Source: Fidelibacterota bacterium | GTDB taxonomy: Bacteria > Fidelibacterota > Marinisomatia > Marinisomatales > Marinisomataceae | Direction: 5' to 3' | Length of the DNA: 64,000 bases | NCBI GenBank assembly: GCA_965212055.1 | Contig: OZ243041.1 | Span: 64,001 to 128,000, forward strand | In this document: positions 62,608 through 64,000 of the stretch, piece by piece | Layout of the letters: each line of letters opens with the position of its first letter | Numbering within the stretch: position 1 is the stretch's first letter | Program-made: the position numbers and the translations under genes | The notes under the pieces: generated by a model | Told to the model about the DNA's origin: nothing | Databases searched by the model: none | The model's input: the letters and a program-made list of their open reading frames with translations, nothing else

Positions 62608-63835
62608 ATTGGTTTTTTAAAAAACTAAGAATTTGACTTTCTGAAACAGTATTTTCTTTTTTGGAGCTTAAATTTCTAATAATGATTTTGTCATCAATAA
62701 TCAATATTGATGATGCTTTATTTTTTATTGCATCTTTAATTTGATTTTTTACATTCTTTTTATTTGTATCAAAAAATATTTTATATCCATTATTAGTTAT
62801 CTCTTTAATAATTTTAAAACCTTTAGATGCATGTTTTGTATCATTACAGCTAATATAGACATCAATGCTTTTGTTAGTTGGTTGTTGTTTTGATTCACGC
62901 ATCATTCTTTCAATTCCAGCAGCAAATCCAACAGCAGGCATCTTTGGTCCACCCATTTTTTCTACTAAAAAATCATATCTACCACCACCACAAAGAGCAT
63001 TTTGTGATTGTTGGCTATCTGTAGTAATCTCAAATGTAGTACCATTATAATAATCTAAGCCACGAACAAGATGTGGATTTTCATTATACTTAATTCCTAA
63101 TGCTTTTAGGTGTGATAATACTTCATTAAAATGAATGCCATCATTTTTTGAGATAAATTCTTTGATTAATGGAGCATTTTTTATAATTGATTGATCTTCT
63201 TTTTCTTTGCTATCTAAAATTCGTATTGGATTTTTCTCAAGTCTTTTTTTAGATATTTGTGATAGCTTGTTTTTATTTTGATTAAAATATTTTTTTAATA
63301 CTACTTCATATTGTGTCCTAGTTTCAGGACTACCAATACTGTTAATACTTAATATCGTATTATTAATCTTTAAGTCTGTAAAAAGTTTGTTTGCAATAAA
63401 GATTACTTCAGCATCTTGTTCGCTATTGCTAGACCCAAATGCTTCAATTCCAAATTGATTAAATTGTCTTTGTCTTCCTTTTTGAGGCTTTTCTCTTCTA
63501 AATAATGAATCAATATAATATAAACGACATAGTGGATGTTTTCTAAAAAATCCTGATTCAATATAAGCTCTTACAACAGGGGCCGTCATTTCTGGTTTGA
63601 GAGCTAATTGCTTTCCTGATTGATCTTGCCAACCAAACATTTCTTTCGAAACATCTGTTTCATATCCAATATTTTCTTGAAAAAGATTAATAAATTCTAC
63701 TGCAGGTGTTCTGATTTCTTCAAATCCAAATTGTTGACATGTCTGATGAATTATTGCTTCAATCTCTTGCCATAACTGTGTTTCAGGAGGAAGAATATCG
63801 AAAGTGCCTTTGATTTTTTGGTATTTAGACTTCAC
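62606..63835 (-). CDS. hisS: Histidine--tRNA ligase
   Basis: KGTFD, LKPEMTAPVVR, FRREKPQKGR.RQF.Q, LVRGLDYY, GGGRYD, GFAAGIER; GTG start. Confidence 0.97.
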   Translation of the reverse strand: MKSKYQKIKGTFDILPPETQLWQEIEAIIHQTCQQFGFEEIRTPAVEFINLFQENIGYETDVSKEMFGWQDQSGKQLALKPEMTAPVVRAYIESGFFRKHPLCRLYYIDSLFRREKPQKGRQRQFNQFGIEAFGSSNSEQDAEVIFIANKLFTDLKINNTILSINSIGSPETRTQYEVVLKKYFNQNKNKLSQISKKRLEKNPIRILDSKEKEDQSIIKNAPLIKEFISKNDGIHFNEVLSHLKALGIKYNENPHLVRGLDYYNGTTFEITTDSQQSQNALCGGGRYDFLVEKMGGPKMPAVGFAAGIERMMRESKQQPTNKSIDVYISCNDTKHASKGFKIIKEITNNGYKIFFDTNKKNVKNQIKDAIKNKASSILIIDDKIIIRNLSSKKENTVSESQILSFLKNQ

Positions 63836-63870
63836 AAAACAACATTAATAATTTTTTTAAGCAATAACAC

Positions 63871-64000
63871 CTAAAAATTTGATCTTGTACTATATATGCC
63901 TTGTCTACGTTCAATTTTTAAATCTTTTAATATATCTGATTTAAGATTTAATCTAAAATACAGACCTTTTGCATATCCATTTGGGGTCCAATCTATAAAA
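63871..64000 (-). CDS. Probable LPS-assembly protein LptD, C-terminal fragment
   Basis: Manual translation ...FIDWTPNGYAKGLYFRLNLKSDILKDLKIERRQGIYSTRSNF*; the W.P.G....F.(L/I).(L/I)KS..L.DLK pattern resembles Bacteroidota-type LptD C-termini. The 5' part lies outside the window. Confidence 0.55.
   Translation of the reverse strand, partial: FIDWTPNGYAKGLYFRLNLKSDILKDLKIERRQGIYSTRSNF

Overview
AT-rich, very gene-dense bacterial chromosome segment. Gene content (homodimeric GlyRS, archaeal/eukaryote-type ProRS, type-B L31, TopA with C-terminal repeats, PorV-like barrel, Bacteroidota-like LptD C-terminus) points to the FCB superphylum, most plausibly a streamlined marine Marinimicrobia (SAR406)-like genome; this is an inference, not a database result. 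Most of the window is housekeeping: mgtE, proS, recO, eno, ftsB-like, amiA-like, folC, rho, rpmE, prfA, prmC, dnaE, ligA, carAB, gcvP, argS, rsfS, mnmA, ggt, glyQS, topA, hisS, plus tRNA-Lys(UUU) and tmRNA. No CRISPR array, integrase or transposase was seen. Most interesting elements: (1) a three-gene outer-membrane operon (365-7835) with strong codon bias, encoding a TonB-dependent-type barrel, a large exported protein ending in a T9SS-like C-terminal domain and a PorV-family barrel, a candidate self-contained surface display or uptake module; (2) a tandem pair of paralogous 68/70-aa membrane proteins behind a structured leader with a terminator-like hairpin and uORF; (3) an orphan promoter-terminator unit (candidate ~75-nt sRNA) between tRNA-Lys and tmRNA; (4) motifs shared by the leaders of the two TonB-receptor genes; (5) a perfect 30-bp pure-AT palindrome abutting the predicted topA -35; (6) a recurring TTGACA-N16-18-TAnnTT(G) promoter pattern.
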